A stretch of DNA of 64,000 nt from Camelus dromedarius (taxonomy: Eukaryota), in the NCBI RefSeq assembly GCF_036321535.1, contig NC_087437.1, forward strand, positions 44,270,001 to 44,334,000. The letters run 5' to 3'. Made by a program: the position numbers and the translations under genes. Position 1 is the first letter of the stretch. Each line of letters begins with the position of its first letter. The notes below the pieces were generated by a model. The model was not told the DNA's origin and ran no database searches. It saw nothing but the letters and a program-made list of their open reading frames with translations. Positions 12,246 to 23,870 of the stretch are shown one piece after another.

Positions 12246-13391
12246 CTTTGCAACTGTATTTCCAAACTTTGTCATGAGACATCTTCACATGCATAAAGGA
12301 AGTAATTGTAAAGGTCAAGTGCATAAGATTTCAAAAAATTTGTTTTAATAGAAAACACGAGAATTATTTCTTTTTTAATGGAGAAAATACAGAATCGGGA
12401 AAGTTTGTTGGGGGAAAATTCAAGTCTGTATTTACCATCTCTCCATCTTGATTCTATCTCACTTTTGCCATTCTAACAAATGAATTACTAACAATAGAAT
12501 TTTTTTTTTTTTTACTGATGGAAAACTTGATTCTGCAGATTGTTTAAGCTTATAAAGTTCCAGGCAATTTTGGTGAGAAAATACACATAGTTTCCTGTAA
12601 TTTGGAGACAGGTGAAATTTTGAAAGAATGGACAAGAGATAAATATTTGGCCACAAGTGGGCAGAAAGTCAGAAAGTGTATCCAGAAAGATGAAATTGCT
12701 GACCCACTGGGAAAGCACTATCTTCCTGTTTAAAAATGAAGAAGCATCTGTGGTTTAAAGTAAGAGGAAAAGGCAGCCTAACAGAGGTACGAAACTGCAG
12801 TATTTTCAGATGCAAGGCAGCTCACGTAAAGGATGGGGCTGGATATATGATGGTAAGGAGTGGCGGCAACTGTGGTCCACTGGGGGACACATCTAAAGAG
12901 ATTCCAGTGGGTTATTTTGAAAACTCATGAACCTGCCCAACGAAGTTTCTACAGGCTGAATTTGGCCTTCAGTCTTTCCTCCGTCGCTAGTTTATGGGCT
13001 CCTCTGCATATGACAACAATTGCAATGGGAACCTCCACACTTCAGCATTATCTCTGCCTCTGTTTCAGTGAAGGATGAATGGGTGGATTTGGGTTTGTGC
13101 ATTCTTTGTTTCTTCAAGTGCCACCCCATGAAGGAATGTTAACATTCTGCCCTATACACACACTCCATTCCTCCATGAAATGAAACCTTCCTTTGTTCAC
13201 TTACTATGTTGCTTTTGATTATAGCAGGTGCAAATATATCTAATAAAATTAAAATTAGTGCCAGTGGATGAAAAATGAAGTTACGCACCAGTGACTTCAT
13301 AAATGCTTCTAGATTCAAAGCAGCACAGGTGGAAAAATACCGTATGAAATTCAAAACTGCATCCCAGTTTCAATTGCAAAACATCTCCCCA

Positions 13392-13462
13392 CAAATTCTC
13401 TACCAAATCAGGACCAAATTCTCTACCAAATCAGGACCAAATTCTCTACCAAATCAGGACCA
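13392..13462. repeat. Perfect tandem repeat, 23 bp x 3 (caaattctctaccaaatcaggac)
   Basis: Three identical copies at 13392, 13415 and 13438, followed by ca. Confidence 0.98.
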
Positions 13463-14974
13463 TTAAGGAAAGAAAAACAATGTGTAGTTTTATTATGTAA
13501 CATGATCAATTCAGTTGAAAAGGCTATGTGACCAGATGCTTAAATGACAATAAAAAAATTAGCTCTGATAACCCTGATGAGATTATGTTAATTCCAAATT
13601 AAAGTAATTTGAACATTCAATATGTTCTTCCCCAAATTCTCTGGCTTCCCAATTTCTCTTCATTTCATAAATAGAAGATATATGTGATTGAAATTTGTGA
13701 TCTTAATACAGTATATTTTCTAGTCTTAAAAAAAAAAAAGAAGAATATGGATCAGAAATAAAACACTGGTGGAGAGTCCTCTGCATGCCCTTACTTAGAA
13801 TTTCATATTTTTGGCAGTGACCGAGGCTCATGTGCAGTCCCTTGAAATGGCAAATGGTTGTTTTTTAAAGTTTTCAGGTCAAAGCAAGCATTTATTGTGA
13901 ACTCCTAGCAAAAGTAAAGTAGCTTCTCTTCATTTGTTTTTTTAAACCCTTTATCTTGTATCTAGATGGAACTGACCTAAAACTATATCTGGAATTATTC
14001 ACCTGTAAGAAGGCAAGGCAAGTCAATACAAACAAGGGCATTTTAGCCAGAAGCTGAAATTAACCTTCAGAAACTTAGCCATCTAGATGGAGCTGGGCCA
14101 GAGCAGCCAGCTGAGCAGCTATCACTTAACAGAGTGAGAAGTTTCCCATGCCAATCAAAACAGAACAAGGCGAGGTGATGCAATCCTCACCCCTCTTCCT
14201 CATGTGCTCCAGTCACTGAGTTCTTCTGCTTCAACAAACCAAAACAATTTTAAAAGCATCTCTTTCTCTGAGGGGAAGTTTATCTGAAACATATATCACA
14301 AAGTATCACCAAAATAATAGATACGTTAGGATTTAATAATTTCCCTGTTTTATGGTTTTACTCACTTTAAAATATGCAAGTCTCTAACTACATTCCTGAG
14401 AACAATTGTTACACATTTGACATAGAATCAAAACAAGGATTGAGATACCTCACATGTCCTTGACAGCTTGATTTGCAGGCTAATTTTGCATTATTTTTCT
14501 CACAATCAGAGGTAATATGGTGTAAGGTACATTAATTTAAACCAAAGTTTCAGACATTTCAAGTGCATTTACAAGTAAAATATTAAAAGATTTTCATGAA
14601 AATTCTACCACAATTCATTTTCTTATGACTGTAACATTTTTATACATTTAAAACAATTAGAATGTCTTCTAAATTTCTAAAGACATGTTGATACTTCCTA
14701 AAAAGTATTAAATTCATAAAATAACTCATCACCCAAAATATAATCATATTATAAGACTCTAAACAAGTATAATGCTTAAATACTTGAACTTGCAACATTT
14801 TTGTCCAACAAAATTTGAAAAAAAGAAAATCAATGCTCTGTTATTTGCAAATTAAAACTTAATTGAGTCTCAAATATCTCTTACCTCAATGTGTTTCCAT
14901 GTTTTCCATTTATAAATGAATATTTTGGGGAAGTAAAAGGTCCCATAGATTATGTTATAATAGTTTAAATTGTG

Positions 14975-15130
14975 GGATTGTATATTCCTCTAAGAAGTTG
15001 ATGAATATTACACACTTTCCCCAGAAAAATATGCACATGTATATAAAAGCAAAATTTGAATGCATTCACACAGCTCCTATTTGTTGAAGACTACTAATGA
15101 TCTATGAACCCATGATTGCAGATTTTCTGA
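14975..15130. mobile_element. Probable hAT-Charlie-type MITE fragment
   Basis: ttccccagaaaaatatgcacat...aaaatttgaatgca...tctatgaaccc resembles ancient Charlie-derived MERs; family not resolved. Confidence 0.4.
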
Positions 15131-15652
15131 GAAGGATGAAAGATGTCTAGTGGAAAACCTGCAAGTAGTCCAAAGCCTTAATTTTTGTTTTCATAGTTCA
15201 GCCTTCATGAATCTGTCTCATTCTTCAATGTCTCTCTCCTTTGCCCAGTTGCTTCCCTTAACGGTCTCCATCAGGTAAAGCTGAAATTTCCACTAGAACT
15301 TAATCTTTTAGACACATTCTGTTAATTTTAAAATTTGGGATATTAAACTTGACCCTAAGTGGGACTTGTGGTTTCCTGTCAAAGGCTACACCATGTGAGG
15401 TTTACTTGGAACACACACTGACATCCAGGTGGCTCTCTGTGGCCTGTTAGGAGACTTATAAGTAAAAGAAAAACTAGAAAGAGCAGGTGTTGACAGAGCC
15501 AGCATATCAGTTGCAAATATTCACAAAGAAACTGAAAGATAGAAAAATGTTATCCTAGTTAAAGGTAGGAAAAAATGTAACTTGATGAAATGACACCATG
15601 TCTGTGTAGGTATAAATTTATAACTTAATATGATTAATATTATATTGAAAAA

Positions 15653-15688
15653 TGAATTAAATCTAACTTGAATTAAATCTAACTTGAA
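15653..15688. repeat. Tandem duplication, 16 bp x 2.25 (tgaattaaatctaact)
   Basis: Identical adjacent copies read directly. Confidence 0.95.
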
Positions 15689-16849
15689 ATACCTTGTGAT
15701 AAAATGTCACTATAGGCAAGGAGAATGAATTTCAGACCCATTAAACTGCTCTGAGGTTTTCTTGTGCTATAAATGCTACAAAAATGATCCTCATTCTAAA
15801 AGAGAATGTATGCTCTGTGTGTGAGCATTCCTAAGATTTTTTTAGCATCTTGCAATAGGTACTTTAAACACTTATTTTTATAAAGTTCTTTTTGTCAGGC
15901 AATATGTATGTTAGAAATTAGCAGTTCCTCCAGTTGTAAAACCTTGACATTGACTATAATTGAGGAGGTTAGTGTTGGCGTGTTCTTAAGTATTACCTGT
16001 CATTTGAAATATGACAGTGCTGTAACTGCAGGACCTTGGGGATGCTTGCGTGTTGGCACTGCCATCTGACTGCCTGAGAAACTGCCAGACAGGATTCTTA
16101 ATGCCTGCGACCCTGAGATAATTAACATGGCCCTAGAGGCTTCTGCCTTTTGCATTTGCACACTTGTTTAATAAGATGTTTGCTGCTAGCTATGCTTTCC
16201 TCTGATTTAAAAATGAACCTTTAAGGAGAACAAGACTTCAGTCCATTATGTTTTGTTATAGGTATTACCTTGGTGTACAAGTTGCTTATATACAAATTTT
16301 GTTGCTTTCCTGAAAATTAAAACATACCCTAATGTTTCTTCATCTTGCCTTTGATTCCCATAAATGCATTTCATAATGAGTCAAATGACCGATCTGAAAC
16401 AGCACCGCTTACTTTGACAGTTGTGTTCTGTATCATGGAGACTAGCAAGTGATAAAATAGGAGCCAAAAATAAAAGCAGGCTTCAGCGTAGATTTGATGG
16501 GATTTTTTTTAGTTTTTGCATTCCCAAGGGTGAAGCAAAGAGTTAAAGCAAACTACTTGCAGTTCAAGATAAGACTTATTGATTTACAATTAGCACTGTG
16601 TAGAATTTGCAAAATTAGTTTGTAAATTCTGAGTAACTCCTTGTAAATCCAGTTTAAGAAACATAAAGGGAAATCCTAAATGTAGTAGTACAAATCTTTA
16701 AGGTAAGGAAGCATAAAATTGCAGAGTTTACTATTAGCCAGCCACTGTATTTGTTGCTTCCCAAAGAATTAAAAGATTTTGTATGTTAATGAGATTGGGG
16801 ATGTGTATAAATATATTTCTATATATATACACACATGTATTCTGCTTTC

Positions 16850-17100
16850 TCCCATTATAAAAGCAATACAAATTCACTCTAGTAAATCTGAAAAGTATTG
16901 AAATGTAAGAAACATAATACAAAATTTCCAAGTTTTCAGATTCTAGAGGTAGTGATTGGTAATAGTTTTTCATTCTCTTTTCTTCATCTATTTTTTCTAA
17001 ATTTTTAAATAAATATATTGCGAATATTTTTCTATGTCTGCATTCTTCAAATATGTGATTTTAATGACTTCAAAATATTTCCATGAACTAATATTACAAT
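16850..17100 (-). mobile_element. Old L1ME-like 3' end fragment
   Basis: attataaaagcaatacaaattcact...aaatctgaaaagta...ctagaggtagtgattggtaatagtttt pattern. Confidence 0.4.
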
Positions 17101-17534
17101 TTTAAAGAGTTCAAATCACATTTTATAAGACTATTAAATGAGTTAGAGCAAAATTAATTGAAACTTTAATGAAGTTGCATTTTTATATTGAGGATGTTAA
17201 TAAATCACTAATTATTTGGTATATTCTGTAAAAAAAAAACTACTCACAAATACATGCTAGCTATATTTATATGGTGACCATTCTATTAAATTTTGAGTAA
17301 ACTTGGTAGTTTCTGATTATCAAAAATTTTATCGCTCATTGCTTATGAACATCTACAATGTACCAAGTGTTCACAGAACAAACCTTATTTCCACATTACA
17401 GCATCAAAACACAGGCATTACCCATATGAGAGTTCTCTCACAGATACAAAGATGATGTAATTCAATCAGCCAATCAACCCACAAAAGGAATTTTTTTTTA
17501 AAAATTCTGGGTCTTTACCTTTTACCAGGGATGT

Positions 17535-17710
17535 TCATTCCCAGATGTTCATGTGTTTGACTTCCTCACCACGTTCAAATGTCTTTGCTCAAAGTTTTCC
17601 TCCTTCAAGTTATTCCTGACCACAAAATTAAAAAGCTCTGCTCCCAGTTTTTTCATTATAGCACTTTCACTACCAGAGACGTTGCTGCAGATTGATCTGT
17701 TTAATTGTGT
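17535..17710 (+). mobile_element. LINE-2 3' fragment
   Basis: cccagatgttcatgtg...cttcctcacc...tctttgctcaaa...ttttttcattatagcactttcacta. Confidence 0.55.
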
Positions 17711-18687
17711 CACCAAGTTATTAAGGAGTCTAAACTCATTCAGGGGTAAGTTGGATAACGTTTTATTTTTCTAATCACAGCTTTCAACTCTATTTCCTGT
17801 AATAGTTCCTTAAAAGAGATTCCATAACTCTTCTGTCACTTTAGTTTATTAATGCAGCTTCAGTGTTTTAAGACTTGCCTGTTGCTTCGCAGTCAACACA
17901 GGCTAAAGACTGTGGCCCACAGTTTCTTTAGAGGGAAAAGTGGTGATGTGATCATGCTCTGTGACACCCCCTTTGTCTAGGACTGAAGGCAGGGATGAGG
18001 GATAGATGAGGAATTAAAGTGGTGATGGGGAGGGATCCCTGGTTCTGGCTCCACTGTGTGGTAATGGCTCTAGTGACCTGATGGTTGCCATGAATGTGTT
18101 AATAATTTCATCTTAGCTCCCTTATAGCCTCAGGAGCCATCTCTTAAAAGATCTTTCACCTTAGTTGTGGTATATGATCTGCACCCTATAACTTGGTTGA
18201 TTGTCCCTTTACTTGACCTAGCAGCTACCTGGGCTGCCCCTTCTCTAACCACACGCTCCCTCACGTGGAGCCCAAGGGACTCCTTCTAGACCCTTAGAAC
18301 GCCGCAGAAGAGGGTGGGGATACTCTTGACCTCGATCTCTTTAAGCCAATTTTTTTAATCCCTAAGAAATCTCTGGACAAAGAGTGGGCATTAATCACTG
18401 TATTCATGTTCACCACATTTTGGGAATTACTCTCCTTCATAACAGTAGTTGAGGAATTAGACAGAAAAGGACTGAGTACCTATGCTCCTGGAGTATCTTA
18501 AAAATACCCTCAACATGTTCTGCTCTGGTGGCAGGCTGGTGGGTACCGTAGTTCATGAAGGATTGGTCATGAGCCGAGGACAAGCTGTGAGCATTCTCTC
18601 CATGCCAACACCCGGTCTTCTTGAGTCAGTCTCTTGGCGCACTCCTCACTTGCCTTGGGGAAAAGGAAAGTAGAGGCAAGGACAGTG

Positions 18688-18711
18688 GTTCTCCTTACAG
18701 TTCTCCTTACA
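18688..18711. repeat. Tandem duplication, 12 bp x 2 (gttctccttaca)
   Basis: Identical adjacent copies. Confidence 0.9.
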
Positions 18712-19074
18712 ATGACTTCACTCCAGCATCCTGCCTTCTTGCCCTCTCACCTTCCCTGAAGGATAGTGGGTAGAGTGGGCTTTTGGTGATGTTAAGACTG
18801 GCTCTCTCATTCAGAGTGTAAACTACCATTATCATTGGATAGTAAAACTTTTTTGAAAAATCTAGAAAGCTTTTTTACTCACCAATAGAAACTTCTTAGT
18901 CTGTTATAACCTGCCCTTTCCCCTCCTAATGTGTACAGAACCATTCTTCCTATTTCTTCCTCCCCAACAGACAAGTCTTGTTTTCTATTCTGCTTTTGCT
19001 CATAGATTGTCATTCACATAGAATAGCACACCATTCTTACACACTTCTAAACCTTAGCCATATTAAAGAATTCC

Positions 19075-20710
19075 TTTCCAGTATGTGCCAGTGAAACTCT
19101 TCTTGTCAAGGTCATTAGTCGTCTCCAGGTTGCCAAATCCCATAGTCATGTCTTAGTCTTTGTGTAATTTAACCTGTTAGCAACATTTGACACAGCTGTT
19201 CTCTCCTTTTTTTTTTTTTCTTTTGAAACACTTTTTTTTTTTTTTTTTTTTTTACTAATATCACAGATAACACATTTTCATGGCTTTTTCTTCTCTTTCT
19301 AACCTCTGAGCTGAAATATCACAGCTCTCACTCCTTGGAACTCGTCTTTTTTCCCTTTACACTCACTCCCTATATGAGTTCATTCAGTCCCAGGGCTCTG
19401 AGTAGCATCTGTAATTCAGTAGCTTCTGAATATGTAGTCCCAGCCCAGACCTCTTTGCTGAACTTGAGACTCCTGTATACAGCTACTTGTCTGGCATTAC
19501 CACTTAGATGCCTAATAACATCTCAGGCTTCTGAGCTCCACAACAAAGCCTGTAAAACCTCATCACCACACCACCTACAGGCATACCTGTTCCTCCAGTG
19601 GTCTTCTTCTTTTCAGAATTTTCCATTTCTCTTGGTTCTCAGTTGCAAACTATGGAAATCTTGAGTCTTCTTTTCCCCCATGCTGCATCCAATTCATAAG
19701 GAAATTCTATTCCCCCTTTCTAAGTATATTTAGGATGTGATTCCATCTTACCACCTCCACCTCCACCACCCTTAATGAGCTCTCCTTAGTCATTGAGATG
19801 ATGACCTAACTTGACTCCTGCTTTTACCCTTGCTCCCCTACAGTCTATTTCCCACACAGAAGTTGGGATGTGCCTTTCAAAAGTGAGGTCAGATCACATC
19901 ATTCCTCTGTGACTTCACAGACTTGGACTTAATCTTCTACAGCTCCACCTCTTCCTGCTCTGTACTTGAGCCACACCAGCATCTTCGTGTACATCACATG
20001 TGCATGTTCACTGTTAACAACTGGTGCAAGTTTCTTCAGTTAAGTCAATGCTGCTCAATTAGTTTCTATCCAATTTGAAATAAGACATACTCTGGTACGT
20101 GGCAAACACAACTCCACTTCAGAAGCTTTCCACTTGTGACCTTCTCAGATTAGAATTGTCTGTCCTTGTGGCCACGTTCTCCTATTTATTTCAGGTCTCT
20201 GTTCAAATGTCATCTTCCCCTTTCTCCATGACTCTCTAGCCCACCTACTGTGCTTTATTCCTCCAGAGCACATATTTTCATTATTGATGGTATGTCATGG
20301 TGAGGACTTAAGAAGGTGAATGCTAGAGTCAGACTGCCTAGAATTAAAGTTTTGCCTCCCACTGCTTGCTTTATGACTTCGGACATGTTCCTGAAACTTT
20401 CTGTGCCTGGGTTCCTTATCTGTAAAATGGAAATAATAGTTCTTATCTCACAAATTATTGTGAGTTCACACAAAGCACGTAGAGTACCTGGCATCAGTAA
20501 ACATTTAGTAAGTGTTGGTTATAATACTATGCACTATTTTTACTGTCTTTTATATATTTTTTGTTTAATATCTACCTGCTCTTGTTGGAATATAATTTCC
20601 TTGGGTGTCATGTTTACTGCTGTATTCTCAGTACCCAGAAACATTTCTGGCATGTTGTAAGTGCTCAAGAAAGAATTGCTGAAAAGTGGAATGACTGAAT
20701 AATAAATGAA
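19075..20710 (+). mobile_element. Long LINE-2 (L2a-like) fragment from the RT domain to the 3' end
   Basis: From 19090 it translates SETLLVKVISRLQVAKSHSHVLVFV*FNLLATFDT (L2 RT, cf. TETALVKVTNDL...LDLSAAFDT); it continues through acagtctatttcccacaca...gtcagatcacatcattcctctg to tgctgtattctcagtacccagaa...gtaagtgctcaa; interrupted by a MIR. Confidence 0.9.
20290..20528 (+). mobile_element. MIR nested in the L2
   Basis: gctagagtcagactgcct...ctgtgcctgggttccttatctgtaaaatggaaataatag...agagtacctggcatcagtaaacatttagtaagtgttg. Confidence 0.9.
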
Positions 20711-21419
20711 GTCACACTAAATAAATGAAGGGTGCATAATTTGCCCTATGACCAACCCCTCCCCATCACTCCTCAGGTGCAACTGGACCCCTGGGTGTCT
20801 CCTTGAGCACATTAGTTCTACACAACCTGTTGCATATGTCAAGTTCCTATTAACGCAGTAGAGTTTAGGTGTAAGATGAATTGGTTTGTTAAGTAGGCAA
20901 GTTTTAAGAAGAAAGTGGATCTCAAAATAGCTTTAAGTGGGGCATAAACTTTTATAAGTTGGTGGGAAAGAAGAGGATGAAGAAAATTAAAAGTAGAGAA
21001 ACAGTGGTCATGAGAAAGGCCACTCTAAGTTCAGTCAGTCAGGCAAGGGTGCCCTCAACGGGAGGGAGAGCGATTTAGGATAAGACCAGACTCGGAGGCC
21101 TGGGACAGAGGACAAGGGCATCTGATTTTATGCTGTGGGCCTTTTCTCCTGCCTCAACATTCTAAACGGGGACAGTGCTCTTCTGTTGGTAAAATTTGCT
21201 CAATAAGCAAAAAAAACTTTTTAAAAAAGGCAAGCTATAATTCTCTTTTGCAAGAAAAAAAAATTAGAAATGGAGGTGTTTTCGATGAATATAGCAGTGA
21301 TGATATCCGAGTGTTAAGAACTGGAAAAGACACTGGTTAGAAGTATGTGACTTCAAGAAATTCAAACATTTGGTTAAACAGAAGGCATATTTATGTTTGA
21401 TTAGGGTTCTTCTGCTATT

Positions 21420-21620
21420 CAAAACTTTCAAAGTATGTTCCCCAGATCTCCAGTGTCAGAATCATTTGGGAAGCTCATTGAAAATGTAGATGCCAGGGTC
21501 TTATGGTAGCCTGACCTAATCTGAATTTCTGTGGTGCAGCTCAAGAGTCTACATGTTAGGAAACCCCTTCCTCTCTGCCAGCATGTGCTTTGCTTGCTGA
21601 AATTCAAGGATGCATGCCTT
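21420..21620. mobile_element. MER5A-like hAT-Charlie MITE
   Basis: tcaaagtatgttccc...cagtgtcagaatcatttggga...aaaatgtagatgccaggg...aatctgaatttctg...gctgaaattcaagga. Confidence 0.7.
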
Positions 21621-21939
21621 TAAGTTGTTTAGAGAGGGCAGGTAAAACAGGTATTCCTACTCAAAAAAGAAGTTAATTAAAAGATGGAGGGATACTCAAT
21701 AATTTCACTAGTTCAGGAATTTGGAAAGCATATAAATTCCTTTAATTTATTTTTCATTTCAGTTATGGTAATATGCACTGGAGTGAGTAAATGTTTAAAA
21801 TCTTAATTAGAATCAACATGCTACTAAATTAGCTTTCAACATTTTGTTTAAGTATTTATCTTTAGTGTCTTCTGACCATTTTTATGTTTTATGTTTATAT
21901 TTACCACTTTTATATTTATACCCATTTTATATTCTTTTT

Positions 21940-22225
21940 CTAATTATAAAGGTAATTATGGTCATTTTGACAGTATAGAATATTTATTTAAAAAATATTG
22001 ACTTTCAACCTATACTTTTGTTTTACAAAATCAGGCTCACACAAGATATACTGTTTTGTAACCTGTTTTTATTTTATTTTTTTTAACATTTACTACTTTA
22101 AAAGTTTTCTCATATTATAGTAAAATACTTTCCTAATGTTCCTACTGGCCAATATTATATTTTGCAGACCATGCTTTTTCAGCTTTCTTGCTACTCAACA
22201 ACAGTGACATAAATATCCTCAAATA
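21940..22225 (-). mobile_element. Old L1M 3' end fragment
   Basis: taattataaaggtaattatggtcatt...ttttacaaaatcaggctcacac...tatactgttttgtaacctg...tttcagctttcttgctactc. Confidence 0.6.
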
Positions 22226-22577
22226 ACTTCTGTTTGCTCCTGGGCTTAAGTTGCGGTGTCTTTTCTCTCTGCACGGGATCCTCACACAGCCACTCCTCTG
22301 TACCCATCTCTGTCTCGTTCTTTGAGAGCTACTCTAAGTACACGTGGCAGGCAGTACTTCCTGAGAGCTGACAACACGGGCCGGTCCTAGGACTCTGCTC
22401 TGGCCTCCTGTAGCCAAACTTCTCACTCGAGGAGTCAGGACGCCGAAAGACTCAGCGTGTAAAGAAACAACACTCTCTTTTAAATTCAGATAGCTTATTT
22501 CTCGCATAGAGAACAAAAGCAGGTGAACCAAGGTGCTGTCTCTCTGCATGGCTTGGCTCCCAGGACAACACTGAAAC

Positions 22578-22800
22578 CAAAGGGGCTGGATGATGTGATG
22601 AAGTAGCATGAGTGCTGGGCACCTTGGTGCTGATACGCTTCTGTGCTACATGTAAGCTGAGTGCAGTCTGCAGCTGTGCCCTAGGTGGAAGGGCGTGGGG
22701 AGAGAAAGCTTTACACCTCAGTGGAACCTAGACAGAAATTCTCTCATGATGGCATCTCTAGAAGATAGAGAGATGGGAAGGAAATGGCCTTGGTAGCATC
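22578..22800. mobile_element. Zaphod/MER115-like hAT-Tip100 fragment
   Basis: gtgctgggcacc...gtaagctgagtgcagtctgcagctgtgccctagg...gggcgtgg...tacacctcagtgg...tggccttggtagc match remembered MER115/Zaphod blocks. Confidence 0.55.
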
Positions 22801-22824
22801 TCCTCTCAAGCCTCCTATGTGTCT

Positions 22825-23327
22825 TTGTTTTTTAATGGAAGAATAGTTGATTTGCAAGGTTGTGTTAATTTCTAGTGTACAGCGTAGTGATTCAGTTATA
22901 TGCCTATATATTCCTTTTCATATTCATTTTCATTACAGGCTGTTATTGCATGGTATTGAATATAGTTTCCTGTGCTATACAGTAGGACCTTGTTGCTTAT
23001 TTTATGTATAGTAGTTAGTATCTACAAATCCTGAACTCTCAATTTATCCCTCTACCCACCCCTTTTCTCCCCTGGTAACCATATGTTTGTTTCCATGTCT
23101 GTGAGTCTGTCTCTATTTCATAAATAAGTTCATTTGTGTCCTTTTTTTTTTTTAAGATTCCACATATAAGTGATATCATATGGTATTTTTCTTTCCCTTT
23201 CTGGCTTAATATGTTGATCCCCAGGTCCATTCATTTTGCTGCAAATGGCATTATTTTATTCTTTTTTATGGCTGAGTAGTATTCCATTGTATATATACAC
23301 CACAACTTCTTTTTCTAGTCATCCATG
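22825..23327 (-). mobile_element. 5'-truncated LINE-1 3' end
   Basis: Same 3'UTR/ORF2-end blocks as 10316-11129 (gattccacatataagtgatatcatatggtattt, ttttatggctgagtagtattccattgtat); probable degraded TSD aagcct(cct)atgt on both sides. Confidence 0.95.
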
Positions 23328-23469
23328 AAGCCTATGTTTTCATATTTTCGGAGAATCACAGGGTGTTTGACCAGGAGTTAGATTAGCTAGGGTTAAGCCT
23401 TGTCCATACGACTTATATAAAGATAGGCAAAGTTACTGGGGCTCTGTGGTCAAGTGATTCCTTCACAAT

Positions 23470-23870
23470 TGGGCCCATGTGGATCCCAGAGTTCCCTCAC
23501 CCCCAGACTGAGCTCTATGGGTACCTGAACCTAGAATTTGCTGCCCAAGTGACCTCATGCCTGCTACTGCATCCTGTTGGAGCCTCTTTCTTAGGCATCC
23601 TGTTGGAGCCTCTTTCTTAGGTCCGTCATTCTAAAAGGGACTGAGTGCTGCTATGTGCACCTTCGTCCTCAGGAGTGACCATGCAGGAGTGTTTGTATGG
23701 GTCTGCAAAGAACTTGGTATTAAGCAGGCAAGAGTATCTGCATGTATGCAGGCCTGGGTTGGACAGAGCTATGAAATCAGAATCAGACTGAATGAATGAA
23801 TGAAGCCTCTGCTGCCTGGGAGGAAAAACTTAAGAAAGCCAGGAAGGATGAAAACTCAAATGTATCTTGT
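23470..23870. mobile_element. Second Zaphod/MER115-like hAT-Tip100 fragment
   Basis: gggtacctgaacctagaatttgctgccc, gagcctctttc and tgtgcacc...gtttgtatggg blocks. Confidence 0.45.
23569..23621. repeat. Perfect tandem duplication, 26 bp x 2 (gcatcctgttggagcctctttcttag)
   Basis: Identical copies at 23569 and 23595. Confidence 0.97.

Noticed and set aside
13392..13462. CRISPR-like direct repeats
   Set aside because: The copies are contiguous with no spacers, the context is mammalian, and there are no cas genes.
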